Assembly: GCA_011053095.1 (NCBI GenBank)
Contig: DRHS01000002.1
Location: 2,122-66,121 of the forward strand
Direction of reading: 5' to 3'
Source: Bacteroides sp.
GTDB lineage: Bacteria > Bacteroidota > Bacteroidia > Bacteroidales > SM23-62
Length of the DNA stretch: 64,000 bases
Part shown: positions 36,719 to 47,200 of the stretch, one piece after another
Layout of the letters: the number at the start of each line of letters is the position of its first letter
How positions within the stretch are numbered: the stretch's first letter is position 1
Translations under genes and position numbers: made by a program
Notes under the pieces: model-generated
The model's database searches: none
The model's input: only the letters and a program-made list of their open reading frames with translations
Told to the model about the DNA's origin: nothing

Positions 36719-39700
36719 ATGAGCAATTGGTCCATGTCACTGAATACTGCAATATACATTTTATTGCTAAGCACCTTCCCGATTAATTCTATTGCCCACG
36801 CATCTCCTGCAGACAATGAACTGGAGGGCTACCTTTTATGCAAAAAGGCTGTTTTTACAAACAGAGGTGACGTGCACAGCAACTGGATAAAGCCGGACTG
36901 GAAAATTGTGAAGCAGGGTGTTTACTACAAATACACTTCATTTGACATTCCTGAGGAAAAAATCCCAATTGACGATGATGTACGATCAATTGTCTCACAC
37001 AGCGAAGAGATAAGGCTACATTTATACGGATTGAATCCCACATCAAAATTTAAACTCAGGCTTACATATCTATCCAATTCATCCGGCCGGGTATTCTCCC
37101 TGAAAGCCGATGATAAGATTCTGCAAAAAGAGATAACCCTGCCTGCAGGTGAAAAGATAGAATATATACTCGACCTCCCGAAATCTGTGTATAAGGACGA
37201 AGCTGTAGATCTCAGTATTATTAATGAATCAGGTCCCAATGCCGTCCTTTCTTCAATTGAGCTTTGGGGGAACAGCAAAGAATCACTTGTTAACCTCGAG
37301 ATAGATATCCAGGGAGATTTTCGTTCCAATATATTCGGCAATATATCTGATGGCTATATGCAGAAAGTTGAAGATGCTGAAATTGAACTCAAACTCGAAG
37401 GAACTGAAAAATCAATAAAACTAAAAAGTGGCAAGGACGGGGCGTTTGAAGCCACGATACCACAGGATTGGAGAAACGATGAGGATAAATGGATATTTGT
37501 CTCTGCAAAAAAAGGCCGTTTGCATGGGAATAATATCCTTGCAAGTATGGAGGTTTTCATTCCAAGGCTTTCTCCAAAACCTTTCAGCGTGAAATCGGTA
37601 AGAAATGCGGAAATAGATCTGAAAGGAATATGGCAATTTAATCCGAATCCGCCGAAAAATAACTATGACATCAATATTAATACTGCAAACTGGGCAAGCA
37701 TAGAGGTACCCGGAGAATGGGGCATGCAGGGATTTGAAGTAGAGGTTGACTCTGCTGCTGCCTACCGGCGTATCATAAACATCCCCCAGGATTGGGCTGG
37801 TAAAAGTGTAAAACTGCGTTTTGATGCTGTTTATAGTGAAACCGATATATGGTTTAATGGCATATATGTAGGGCACCACATGAGTACATATACTCCTTTT
37901 GAGGTTGATGTCACAAAGGCTGTAATGCCGGGTAAGCCGAATGTGCTTGCCATGGAAGTATGCGGAGAGAGTCTTGCCGATGACAATACCGCAAATTATA
38001 TGATGATAGGCAGACGGGCAGGTGGTATTATCCGGCGCACTTCAGCCTTTGCCCTGCCAAAGGTAAACATAGCTTTATTGCATGTTGAGACCCAGTTTGA
38101 TAATGAGTATAACGATGCCGTGTTAATGGTATTTATTGAAATCGCCAACGAGAGTACTGAAGATGTAAGCGGAGTCTCTATGGATTTCGATTTGACCGAT
38201 ACGGATATAAATACTAAAAAATTAGAATTCGGTCCGGCATCCTTCAATCTTGGAGATATAAAAGCCGGAGAATATCTATACAAGACCCTTGAGATCCCGG
38301 TAAAATCACCAAAGCACTGGAATGCTGAAAATCCCAATTTGTACTATCTGGATGGGAAACTGAACATAGAAGGAAATGAACTGCAGGTCTCCAGGCGAAG
38401 AATCGGTTTCCGGGAGTTGGAGATCAGAGGAAATCAGGTCTTAATAAATGGCTCGGTAACAAGGCTTCGGGGGATGTCCCGTCAGGATTCTGATCCTCTT
38501 TGGGGAAGAACCGTTCCGGAAGAAACATTACGCAGAGAAATGGAACTTCTAAATCAAATGAATGTAAATAATGTGTATACCTGTGCATTTTCTCCCGACG
38601 AGTTGATTCTTGATCTGGCTGATGAAATGGGGATGTATATGTTTGAAGAACCAAGTACCTGCTGGATTGGATGGTGGAACGATAATATGGAATCCAGACA
38701 GTATCATTTCAGGCAAAATAAAGTATCCGGCAATACGGATCCAAAAATGTACATGGAATTTCTCAGGCCTGTTGTTGAAATGATACAGCGGGGAAGGAGC
38801 CATCCTTCTTCCATGACATGGATGATTGCAGATGAGTCCGCTTTTATTCCGGCATTTGAGAGGGTTAGGAAATGTGTAAAAGTGTTAGATCCTACACGAC
38901 CTGTGCATTTTGCATGGGATGTACGCGATGAAAGCATTTTCGATCTGGGAAGCCATCACTATCCGAGTTATGTACAGCTTGAAGAATATTCTCATTCGAC
39001 ACGTCCTGTAATTTTTGACCAGTATTATCATATATACAGAAACCGGTTTGTGCTGTCAGTTGATCCCGGGATCCGTAATGAATGGGTGAATGCATTTGTG
39101 CCTTTTTGGGAAAAAACATGGGACACACCTTCTATTTGGGGCGGACAGCTCTTCAATTACACCGATGATATATTTTTAATGCCTTCAGGTGAAGTTGTTG
39201 GATACGGAGCCTGGGGTGTAATAGACCTCTGGAAAAGAGAAAAACCTGAAGCATGGCATATTAAAAAGGGATATTCACCTGCAAAGATTGTGGATGAAAC
39301 AAGTCCCATCCCCGTACCTAAAAGCGGGAACCCGATTGAAATCCAAATAGAGAACAGATATGATTTCACAAATTTAAATGAATTAAATATTGAGTGGTCT
39401 ATTGAGGATGAAACAGGCAAAATAGCCCCGGATATTCCTCCACAAACAAATGGTGTTCTTTCCATCTTTCCTAAAACGAAGAAGCTTGACGGTAAATTGA
39501 TGTCACTCGATTTTTATAAAGACGGGGCATTGGTTGACAGCTACCGTCTCAGGCTTGGAGAACCGAAAAAAGTAAAAATTGGAAAACCAGCTGGGGCAAT
39601 TGAACTTTTGGAATCCGATGCTGCATTTTATATAAATGGAAATGAATTTAAGATGGAAATTGATCGAGAATCAGGGCAATTAAGTGTGAGTTCTTCTGAG

Positions 39701-40465
39701 GGTAAAAAACTACTGGCCACTGGACCCGAACTTGTAATCATGCTGGAAAACAATGAAATTCATACTTCAGGATTCCCCTGGCCCAGACCTGAGATGCCTC
39801 CTCTGAAAGAACTTAATCAGAAGTGTACTGGCTGGGAAGCCAGAGAGGTTGCTGCAAACAAATCGGAGAGTGGGGTAGAGATACTAATCAGGGGAAGCTA
39901 TCAGGAAGCTGAGGGACTGTATCGGTTGAATATCGGAGGCAATGGTAAAATGACTATCGATTATGAGTTTACAACTCATGAGGAAATGCATGTGCGACAG
40001 ATTGGGATCCTTTTCTATCTGCCAAATTCATATGATGAACTGAGCTGGAAAAGAAATGGAAGGTGGTCTAGCTATCCCGACAATCACATAGGCCGCAACG
40101 AGGGTACAGTAAAAGCCTTCAGAGATGCAAGTTTTCCTGAAGTTGATTCAAAAACCAAACCACCCTGGCCCTGGGAGCTTGACAGTAATGAAATGGGAAC
40201 CAATGAGTTTCGTGCAACGCGAACAAATATTCTGGAAGCTGCTCTCAGAGATAAAGATAATGCTGGGATAACAGTAAGGTCGGATGGCAGCCAACAAGTA
40301 AGAGCATTTATAGAAGGCGAGCATACTGGATTATTAGTTTCTGATTTCTATTCACCCGGCCTTGGTAGTTTTGCCGGGGCACAATTAAAATACCAGTTGT
40401 TCAGTGATAAAATACCGAAAGATTCTGTAATCAAGGGCAGGGTAAATTTAGAACTGATTCCATGA
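36719..40465 (+). CDS. GH2-like protein with ~300-aa N-terminal extension and atypical catalytic motifs
   Basis: GH2 sugar-binding domain (INIPQDWAGKSVKLRFDAVYSETDIWFNGIYVGHHMSTYTPFEVDVT). TIM-barrel segments are collinear with LacZ. HPSSMTWMIADES aligns with HPSVIIWSLGNES (Asp replaces Asn before the acid/base Glu; nt 38831-38836). TRPVIFDQYYH aligns with TRPLILCEYAH (Gln CAG at 39020-39022 at the nucleophile position). The ATG at 36719 gives a signal peptide; the track start at 36647 is a TTG. Confidence 0.75.
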   Translation: MSNWSMSLNTAIYILLLSTFPINSIAHASPADNELEGYLLCKKAVFTNRGDVHSNWIKPDWKIVKQGVYYKYTSFDIPEEKIPIDDDVRSIVSHSEEIRLHLYGLNPTSKFKLRLTYLSNSSGRVFSLKADDKILQKEITLPAGEKIEYILDLPKSVYKDEAVDLSIINESGPNAVLSSIELWGNSKESLVNLEIDIQGDFRSNIFGNISDGYMQKVEDAEIELKLEGTEKSIKLKSGKDGAFEATIPQDWRNDEDKWIFVSAKKGRLHGNNILASMEVFIPRLSPKPFSVKSVRNAEIDLKGIWQFNPNPPKNNYDININTANWASIEVPGEWGMQGFEVEVDSAAAYRRIINIPQDWAGKSVKLRFDAVYSETDIWFNGIYVGHHMSTYTPFEVDVTKAVMPGKPNVLAMEVCGESLADDNTANYMMIGRRAGGIIRRTSAFALPKVNIALLHVETQFDNEYNDAVLMVFIEIANESTEDVSGVSMDFDLTDTDINTKKLEFGPASFNLGDIKAGEYLYKTLEIPVKSPKHWNAENPNLYYLDGKLNIEGNELQVSRRRIGFRELEIRGNQVLINGSVTRLRGMSRQDSDPLWGRTVPEETLRREMELLNQMNVNNVYTCAFSPDELILDLADEMGMYMFEEPSTCWIGWWNDNMESRQYHFRQNKVSGNTDPKMYMEFLRPVVEMIQRGRSHPSSMTWMIADESAFIPAFERVRKCVKVLDPTRPVHFAWDVRDESIFDLGSHHYPSYVQLEEYSHSTRPVIFDQYYHIYRNRFVLSVDPGIRNEWVNAFVPFWEKTWDTPSIWGGQLFNYTDDIFLMPSGEVVGYGAWGVIDLWKREKPEAWHIKKGYSPAKIVDETSPIPVPKSGNPIEIQIENRYDFTNLNELNIEWSIEDETGKIAPDIPPQTNGVLSIFPKTKKLDGKLMSLDFYKDGALVDSYRLRLGEPKKVKIGKPAGAIELLESDAAFYINGNEFKMEIDRESGQLSVSSSEGKKLLATGPELVIMLENNEIHTSGFPWPRPEMPPLKELNQKCTGWEAREVAANKSESGVEILIRGSYQEAEGLYRLNIGGNGKMTIDYEFTTHEEMHVRQIGILFYLPNSYDELSWKRNGRWSSYPDNHIGRNEGTVKAFRDASFPEVDSKTKPPWPWELDSNEMGTNEFRATRTNILEAALRDKDNAGITVRSDGSQQVRAFIEGEHTGLLVSDFYSPGLGSFAGAQLKYQLFSDKIPKDSVIKGRVNLELIP

Positions 40466-40493
40466 TTAAATAGCTTTAATTATAAGTCGTATC

Positions 40494-41525
40494 ATGCCAA
40501 ACCCAGATCAGATAAAAATCCATAAACTGCAGAATAAATCCGGAATGACAGTTGGTCTTAGCAATTATGGAGCAAGGGTATTATCAATTATTGTAAAGAA
40601 CAAACATAATAGATATACTGACGTGGCGCTTGGGTACGATACGATTGAAGAATACCTGGTATCAAATGATCCGTATTTTGGAGCAACAGTTGGTAGGTTT
40701 GCAAACAGGATATCCTCTGGCAAATTTGTATTGAATGGAAAAGAATATCAGCTGTCAAAAAATGATCCATGCGGCCCAAATCATGTTCATGGAGGAGATA
40801 CCGGGTTTTCTCATGTTGTATGGAATGTAGTGTTGTCAGACACAAATTCGATAGAGTACCAGTATTTATCCAGGGATATGGAAGAAGGCTTTCCAGGGAA
40901 TTTAAATGTCAGGGTAAAATACAGCTTAAATGATGAAAACTCTTTGGTTATAGACTATAGGGCAACTACCGATGCATCAACGATATGCAACCTTACCAAT
41001 CATACATTTTTTAACCTGAACGGAACCCGAAGTGTTGATATATTGGATCATAGATTATTAATTAATGCCGCAGAATACACACCCGTAAATGATCAATTAT
41101 TACCCATTGGAAATAACATGTTGGTAAAAGATACACCTTTTGATTTCAATTCATTTTCAGCAATAGGTTCCAGATTAGATTCCATAGATGAACAGATTCG
41201 TATTGGCAGGGGATATTGCCATAATTATGTATTAAATAAGAATAATTCTGATTCACCTGCTGCTATAGCTTTTTCCCCGGAATCTGGTATAAGGATGGAG
41301 ATGTTTACTACTGAACCCGGATTACAGTTTTATTCCTGTGGATTTATGGATGGCAGTGATACAGGAAAGGGTAACATGGTTTACGGCAAAAACAGTGCAT
41401 TCTGTCTGGAGGCGCAACATTTCCCGGATTCACCAAACCAACCCGGTTATCCTTCGACCGAACTTATGCCTGGTGAAGTATATTCCCAGATAACGACATA
41501 TAATTTTTCGCTGGATAATTCATAA
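40494..41525 (+). CDS. galM: aldose 1-epimerase (galactose mutarotase)
   Basis: 343 aa, cytoplasmic. Motifs: GATVGRFANRI, NHVHGGDTGF, the C-terminal FCLEAQHFPDSPN motif and NLTNHTFFNL. Confidence 0.9.
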   Translation: MPNPDQIKIHKLQNKSGMTVGLSNYGARVLSIIVKNKHNRYTDVALGYDTIEEYLVSNDPYFGATVGRFANRISSGKFVLNGKEYQLSKNDPCGPNHVHGGDTGFSHVVWNVVLSDTNSIEYQYLSRDMEEGFPGNLNVRVKYSLNDENSLVIDYRATTDASTICNLTNHTFFNLNGTRSVDILDHRLLINAAEYTPVNDQLLPIGNNMLVKDTPFDFNSFSAIGSRLDSIDEQIRIGRGYCHNYVLNKNNSDSPAAIAFSPESGIRMEMFTTEPGLQFYSCGFMDGSDTGKGNMVYGKNSAFCLEAQHFPDSPNQPGYPSTELMPGEVYSQITTYNFSLDNS

Positions 41526-41555
41526 TAACACAAACTATTAGCCTAAAAATCTATT

Positions 41556-42938
41556 GTGAAATATAAAATCAACATTCTGTTTGTCTCCGCAATTACGATG
41601 ATATCCGCTATGGGTGGATTATTATTTGGGTACGACTGGGTAGTGATAGGAGGCGCAAAGCATTTCTATGAAATTTATTTCAATATAATGGACTCTCCCA
41701 ATTTGCAGGGCTGGGCAACAAGCAGTGCATTAATAGGGTGTATTGCCGGGGCAATCCTGGCAGGTACTTTATCGGATAAATACGGCAGAAAACCACCCCT
41801 GATCTTTTCAGCACTGCTTTTTACAATATCAGCAATCGGTACCGGCATGGCTGAAAACTTCACAATATTCATTGTGTTCCGGTTGGTCGGAGGAATTGGT
41901 ATTGGCATGGCAGCATTACTTTCTCCGATATACATAGCAGAAATATCGCCGGCCCGTTTCAGGGGGCTTTTTGTATCAATAAACCAATTGACTATAGTTA
42001 TTGGAATTCTCCTGGCACAAATCGTTAATTATTATATTGCTGAAATTGTTCCTGAAGGATTTACAAATGAGCAAATTCGGAATTCCTGGAACGGACAAAT
42101 GGGCTGGCGATGGATGTTCTGGGCTGAAACCATTCTATCGATATCCTTTCTTTTTCTTGCGTTTTTAATTCCCGAAAGTCCCCGCTGGCTGGTTAAAGCT
42201 GATAAAGGGGACAAAGCCCTGAAAGTACTTTCAAAAATCGGGGGGATGGAGTTTGCTGCAAAAATAAAAGGAGAGATCCAGGATAACCTAAAGAGCGAAA
42301 CGACTAAAATAAATCTCAGGGAATTTAAACATCCCAAAATCAAAAAAATATTAATGATAGGAGTGATTTTCGCCATCCTTCAGCAAATGTGCGGCATAAA
42401 CGTAATTTTCATTTATTCTGATGAAATTTTCACAAATGCCGGATACGGTGTTAACGATATGCTGTTTAATATTATAATGACAGGAAGTGTTAATCTGCTA
42501 TTTACCCTTATTGCTCTCGGGGTAATAGATTCCTGGGGACGACGCCTGTTGATGAAGCTGGGATATGGTGTCTTGGCATTTATCTATATTATTTTCGGAA
42601 TATTTTATAAAATGGGCCTGACCGGTCCCGTTATGCTGGTCTGTGTTTTACTGGCAATTGGTATTTACGCCTTGGCCCTCGCCCCAACAACATGGGTTGT
42701 GCTATCTGAAATTTTTCCAAACAAGGTAAGAGGAGTGGCTATGTCGATAGCTACTTTTGCACTCTGGTCATCCAGTTTTCTAACTACCTATAGTTTTCCG
42801 ATTATTAATAAAACTTTTAAATCATACGGAACGTTTTGGATTTATGCAGGTGTATGCGTTTTGGGATTTATATTCGTTTATAAATTCCTGCCTGAAACCA
42901 AAGGGAAGACCCTAGAAGAAATTGAGGATGCATTTTAG
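41556..42938 (+). CDS. MFS sugar porter, paralogue of 16745-18139
   Basis: GTG start. The N-terminus is collinear with the paralogue (GGLLFGYDWVVIGGAK identical in both). Also GRKPPL, PESPRWL and PETKGKTLEEIE. Confidence 0.9.
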   Translation: MKYKINILFVSAITMISAMGGLLFGYDWVVIGGAKHFYEIYFNIMDSPNLQGWATSSALIGCIAGAILAGTLSDKYGRKPPLIFSALLFTISAIGTGMAENFTIFIVFRLVGGIGIGMAALLSPIYIAEISPARFRGLFVSINQLTIVIGILLAQIVNYYIAEIVPEGFTNEQIRNSWNGQMGWRWMFWAETILSISFLFLAFLIPESPRWLVKADKGDKALKVLSKIGGMEFAAKIKGEIQDNLKSETTKINLREFKHPKIKKILMIGVIFAILQQMCGINVIFIYSDEIFTNAGYGVNDMLFNIIMTGSVNLLFTLIALGVIDSWGRRLLMKLGYGVLAFIYIIFGIFYKMGLTGPVMLVCVLLAIGIYALALAPTTWVVLSEIFPNKVRGVAMSIATFALWSSSFLTTYSFPIINKTFKSYGTFWIYAGVCVLGFIFVYKFLPETKGKTLEEIEDAF

Positions 42939-42981
42939 AAATTTCATCAGATATTATGACAATCAATAAAATCCAAATATC

Positions 42982-44154
42982 ATGAACTCAAGAGAAAGAC
43001 TGCTAAAAGCGATTAATGGAGAGAAGACAGACAGAGTACCCGTTACCCTGTTCATTCAGGATCATGGGCATTATATTCATCAGTTGCATCCTGAGATCGA
43101 TCCAATGGATTACCAGCAACTCACATTTAAAGTGATTGATTACCAGAGAAAACTTGGCTGTGATGTTTTTGCCCGGATGATCTTCGATCTGTATCACCCG
43201 ATTAATATTTGCCTTGGTGGTGTAAATGACGGAGAGGAAACAGATACCTGGAAGGTTGATACAGAAATCATTGAGGAAGGGAATAATTACATCAAAAAAT
43301 CGAAAATAACAACCCCCGAAGGTGTACTTAACCAGACACTTACCCGAGCCTCACAGAATAAGGGCACACATGTATATTGCTGTACCGAAAAGCCAATTAC
43401 CACCGAAGAGGAACTTGACATTGCTATAAAATATGAACCAAAAATGTCAAAAGAGTATGGTGAAATGGTGACTGGAAAAATACAAAGAATAAAGGATTAC
43501 ATAGGAGATGACGGAATTCTCGGAACCTGGGTTTCCGGGGGTCCTGTAAACAATGCTTCAATGATTTTTGACCATGTTAGTTTATATATGCTGTTCATGA
43601 CTGATCCTGATTTTTTCGACAAACTGATGAGATTTACCACAGAGCGTACTCTCAGTTATACCAAGGCTTTCATTGATGCCGGAGCTGATGTTATGCTGGT
43701 TGGTGGCAATGTGGCGGGAGGCTTTCTGGGTACTGAAGTTTATGAAGACTATATATTAAAATACGAGAAAGAATATATTGATTTCATTCAAAATACCGGA
43801 ACACCGGCAGTTTATCATAATTGTGGAAACATTATGAATCTTGTTGAATCATATAAGAAACTTGGGGCACAGGTAGTAGAACCATTTTCTCCTGTACCAC
43901 TTGGAGATGCAGACTTAAAGAAAGCAAAGGAGATTGTAGACGGAGAATATGTAATGATCGCTGGGATAGATCAGGTAAATGTTTTAAAAAATGGTACCGT
44001 CGAAGACGTTATCAAAGTGACAAAAGAAACTATTGATATTGGTAAAAAAGGCGGAAAATTTATCATGCAGAGTGTTGATTTTCTGGAATATAATACGCCT
44101 CCTGAAAATGTGGAGGCATTTGTAAAAACAGCTCTTGAAAATGCATATTACTAA
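42982..44154 (+). CDS. URO-D superfamily protein (MtaA/HemE-like fold), function unknown
   Basis: 390 aa with no signal peptide. N-terminus MNSRERLLKAINGEKTDRVPVT. HNCG motif at nt 43816-43827. No RQAGR motif and no Cys downstream of the HxCG motif. It starts 43 nt after the sugar porter. Confidence 0.75.
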   Translation: MNSRERLLKAINGEKTDRVPVTLFIQDHGHYIHQLHPEIDPMDYQQLTFKVIDYQRKLGCDVFARMIFDLYHPINICLGGVNDGEETDTWKVDTEIIEEGNNYIKKSKITTPEGVLNQTLTRASQNKGTHVYCCTEKPITTEEELDIAIKYEPKMSKEYGEMVTGKIQRIKDYIGDDGILGTWVSGGPVNNASMIFDHVSLYMLFMTDPDFFDKLMRFTTERTLSYTKAFIDAGADVMLVGGNVAGGFLGTEVYEDYILKYEKEYIDFIQNTGTPAVYHNCGNIMNLVESYKKLGAQVVEPFSPVPLGDADLKKAKEIVDGEYVMIAGIDQVNVLKNGTVEDVIKVTKETIDIGKKGGKFIMQSVDFLEYNTPPENVEAFVKTALENAYY

Positions 44155-44292
44155 ATCTGTCAGATCAAAATTATAGTTATCTGCATAGGTACTTACTCAG
44201 ACAGCTTTAAGGTGATTTAGAGACTGTTTTTATTCTTTGAACTTTTCTTAGTTCGGGATATTCATTATCATTGCGATATCAGTATTCGTTCA

Positions 44293-47200
44293 ATGATAAA
44301 ACGGCAAAATATTGTTATAAGTTTTCTTTTGCTACTGTGGATGTCTCAAGTGATTGAAGCACAGCCACTACCAATTTCTCCAGAATTTGTAAGAATCGAT
44401 AGCAAAACAGGTCTTTCCTCAGATAATGTTACCGACATTTTACAGGACAGGGAAGGATTTTTATGGTTTACCACGGTGGATGGAATAAACCGTTTTGATG
44501 GTTATGATATTAAAGTTTTCAAACCTGACTTCAACACCATTAACAGTTTCAATACAGTTCATTTTCAATGCATTGAAGAAGATGCTGAAGGAAATCTCTG
44601 GTTTGGGAGCTATCATTCCGGAATTAATATTTATAGTCGGGTCGATGAATCCGTGCGAATAATTGATGAGAACGGGCCCGAAGGAATGGCTCTTCTGGAC
44701 AATCATATCAATGATATTTTTTGCGATTCAAAAAACAGGATGTGGATATCCACTTTCGCGGGACTAAACCTTTATCTCAGTGATTCAAACAAAATGATCA
44801 CATTTTCCGATGATTACAGTCCCAAAAAAACATTTCCCCGAGGTACAGTTTCCAGAACATTTGAAGATTCCAGGGGCAGAATAATTGTGGGCACATTCGG
44901 TGAGGGACTCTTTCTGTACAATGAAGAAGAAGATGACTTCACACAATTGCTTATAGATGAGATCTATAATATTGAACCTTATGAGAACAGAATATGGACC
45001 ATGCTTGAGATCTCCATGGATACGTTCTGGATTGGGACCTGGGCTGGTGGACTGTTTAAGGCTGTTATTAAGGATGGTGATCCCATTGAAATCCTTACGC
45101 ATTATTCCACAAGCTCTGATGCTCCCAATACCCTGAACAGCGATATCATATATAGCCTGTATTCTGATCCGGATAGTACCCTGTGGATAGGAACACCATA
45201 CGGCCTTCATCTCATGGAAAATCCCGGATCGCCGAAATCAAGTATCACAATTATCCCCGCAGGGTCAAAACCGAATGAAGTCTCCAACAATGAGATCAAT
45301 CGAATTTTTAGTGACAGGGCTGGTGTGATTTGGTTGGGTACCGGAGCAGGTGGTGTTAATAAAGCGGACCTTTCAATCAAGAAATTCGATCTTTTTACCA
45401 TTCCCATCGAGCCCCAATTAGAATCACAGGCCATCCGGGCTTTTGTAAAGGGTCCTGACTCAAGATTTTACGTAGGGGTTAATGGAATGGGCTTCGGGGA
45501 GTACAATGTAAACGACAGAACTTTTATCTCCTATACCCTCATCCCTATGTTCCGGAATGTCAGAAAAGATCTGAATGCAGCTTTATGTTTCCTTCAGGAT
45601 TCCCGGGGATACTTCTGGATTGGAACAAGATATTTTGGATTGATCCGGGTCAGGCCTGAAACCGGTGAAGTAAAATCCTTTTTTCCGTTTGAGTCGGGCA
45701 GCAGCAGGACCATTTACAGCTTGCTTGAAGACGCTTCAAATAATATATGGGTAGGCACAGAGAATGGACTTTTTAAACTTGTTTCAAGGGATGGTCCTGA
45801 ACCATACCAGATTCATCGATTCATTAATGATGAAGATGATCCGTTCTCGATAAGTGGGAATTTTATAAGTGAAATAAAGATGGATTCCCGTGGAAATATC
45901 TGGGTTGGTACCGTTGGAAATGGATTGAACCGGATTGGCAACAGCACAAATACTAATCCACAATTAACTTTCCAGCGATATAATGCCGATAGATCGAATC
46001 CTGAGGGATTGAAGTCCGACATTGTTTATAGTATACATGAAGACGCTAATAAAAGAATTTGGATAGGAACTGGTGCAGCCGGACTTGCCCTGTTAAATCC
46101 CTATAACGGGTCATTTAGGCATTTCTCTGATAATGTCGGCATCAGAGGAGATGCCATCTATGATATTCTTGAAGACGATCAAAATCAACTATGGCTTTCA
46201 AGCAATAATGGCATTACCAAATTTCAATTCAATAATCCTGATGATACCAAGGTTGAAAACTTTGATTACGAAGATGGACTCCAGGGAAATATTTTTAATA
46301 ATGGGGCTACCTATAAGGATGAAACCGGACAGATGTATTTCGGAGGCTCTCATGGGTTTAACCGCTTCAGACCTGATCAATTTGTCAGAAACGAATATAT
46401 TTCCCAGCCAGCATTCACCCAAATCAGTGTTTCTAACAGGCCAGTTAATATATATTCTGCTCTTAGGGATGGACTGGTCATAAAGCACAAGGATAAAAGC
46501 TTTGAATTTTCTTTTACAGCCCTTTCTTTCTCACAGGAAAAAAAGAATAAATTTTCATATATCCTAGATGATTATGACAGTGATTGGCAGATCGTTTCTT
46601 CAAACAGGCGTGAAGTGCGCTATACTAATATCCCGCCCGGGCATTACAAATTCATGCTCACAGCTTCTAACTCCAGTGATGCCTGGAATGATGAACCACT
46701 TATCCTAAACATCCGAATATTGCCTGCACCTGCATACACCTGGTGGGCATTCTCAATATACGGCATCTTACTGATCTCAATTCTTATTACGATTTACTAT
46801 TTTCTGGTAAATAATATTAAGATCAAACAGGCTTATGAAATTGAGAAGATTGAACATATTAGGGATGAGAAGCTTGCCCAGTTCAAATTGAGATTTTTTA
46901 CCAATATTTCCCATGAATTGCTTACTCCTTTATCTGTGATATCCTGTACGGTTGAGGATTTTCTGCATAACAGGCAAATCAAAAATGATAATATACTTGC
47001 CATGCAGAGGAACATCAACCGTCTTATGAGGCTAATCAGTCAGTTGCTGGATTTTCGCAAGGTTGAAAGCGGTTCAATGAAGCTAGTGGTACAAAAGGGG
47101 GATTTCAATGTATTTATGAAGCAAATGATCGACAATTTCAAGCCCCTGACCAGTAGTAAGAACTTAGACATCGAGTTAACCGGCAACCTGGAAAAGGATA

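Noticed and set aside
36925-37879. Long antisense ORFs inside well-supported genes. Examples: 36925-37341, 37421-37879, 37996-38337, 44785-45210, 50818-51387, 52478-52936, 53258-53614, 30120-30515.
   Set aside because: Each lies wholly within, and opposite to, a long CDS with clear family motifs. Their translations are low-complexity or Cys/Ser/Ile-rich with no recognisable motifs. They are shadow ORFs.
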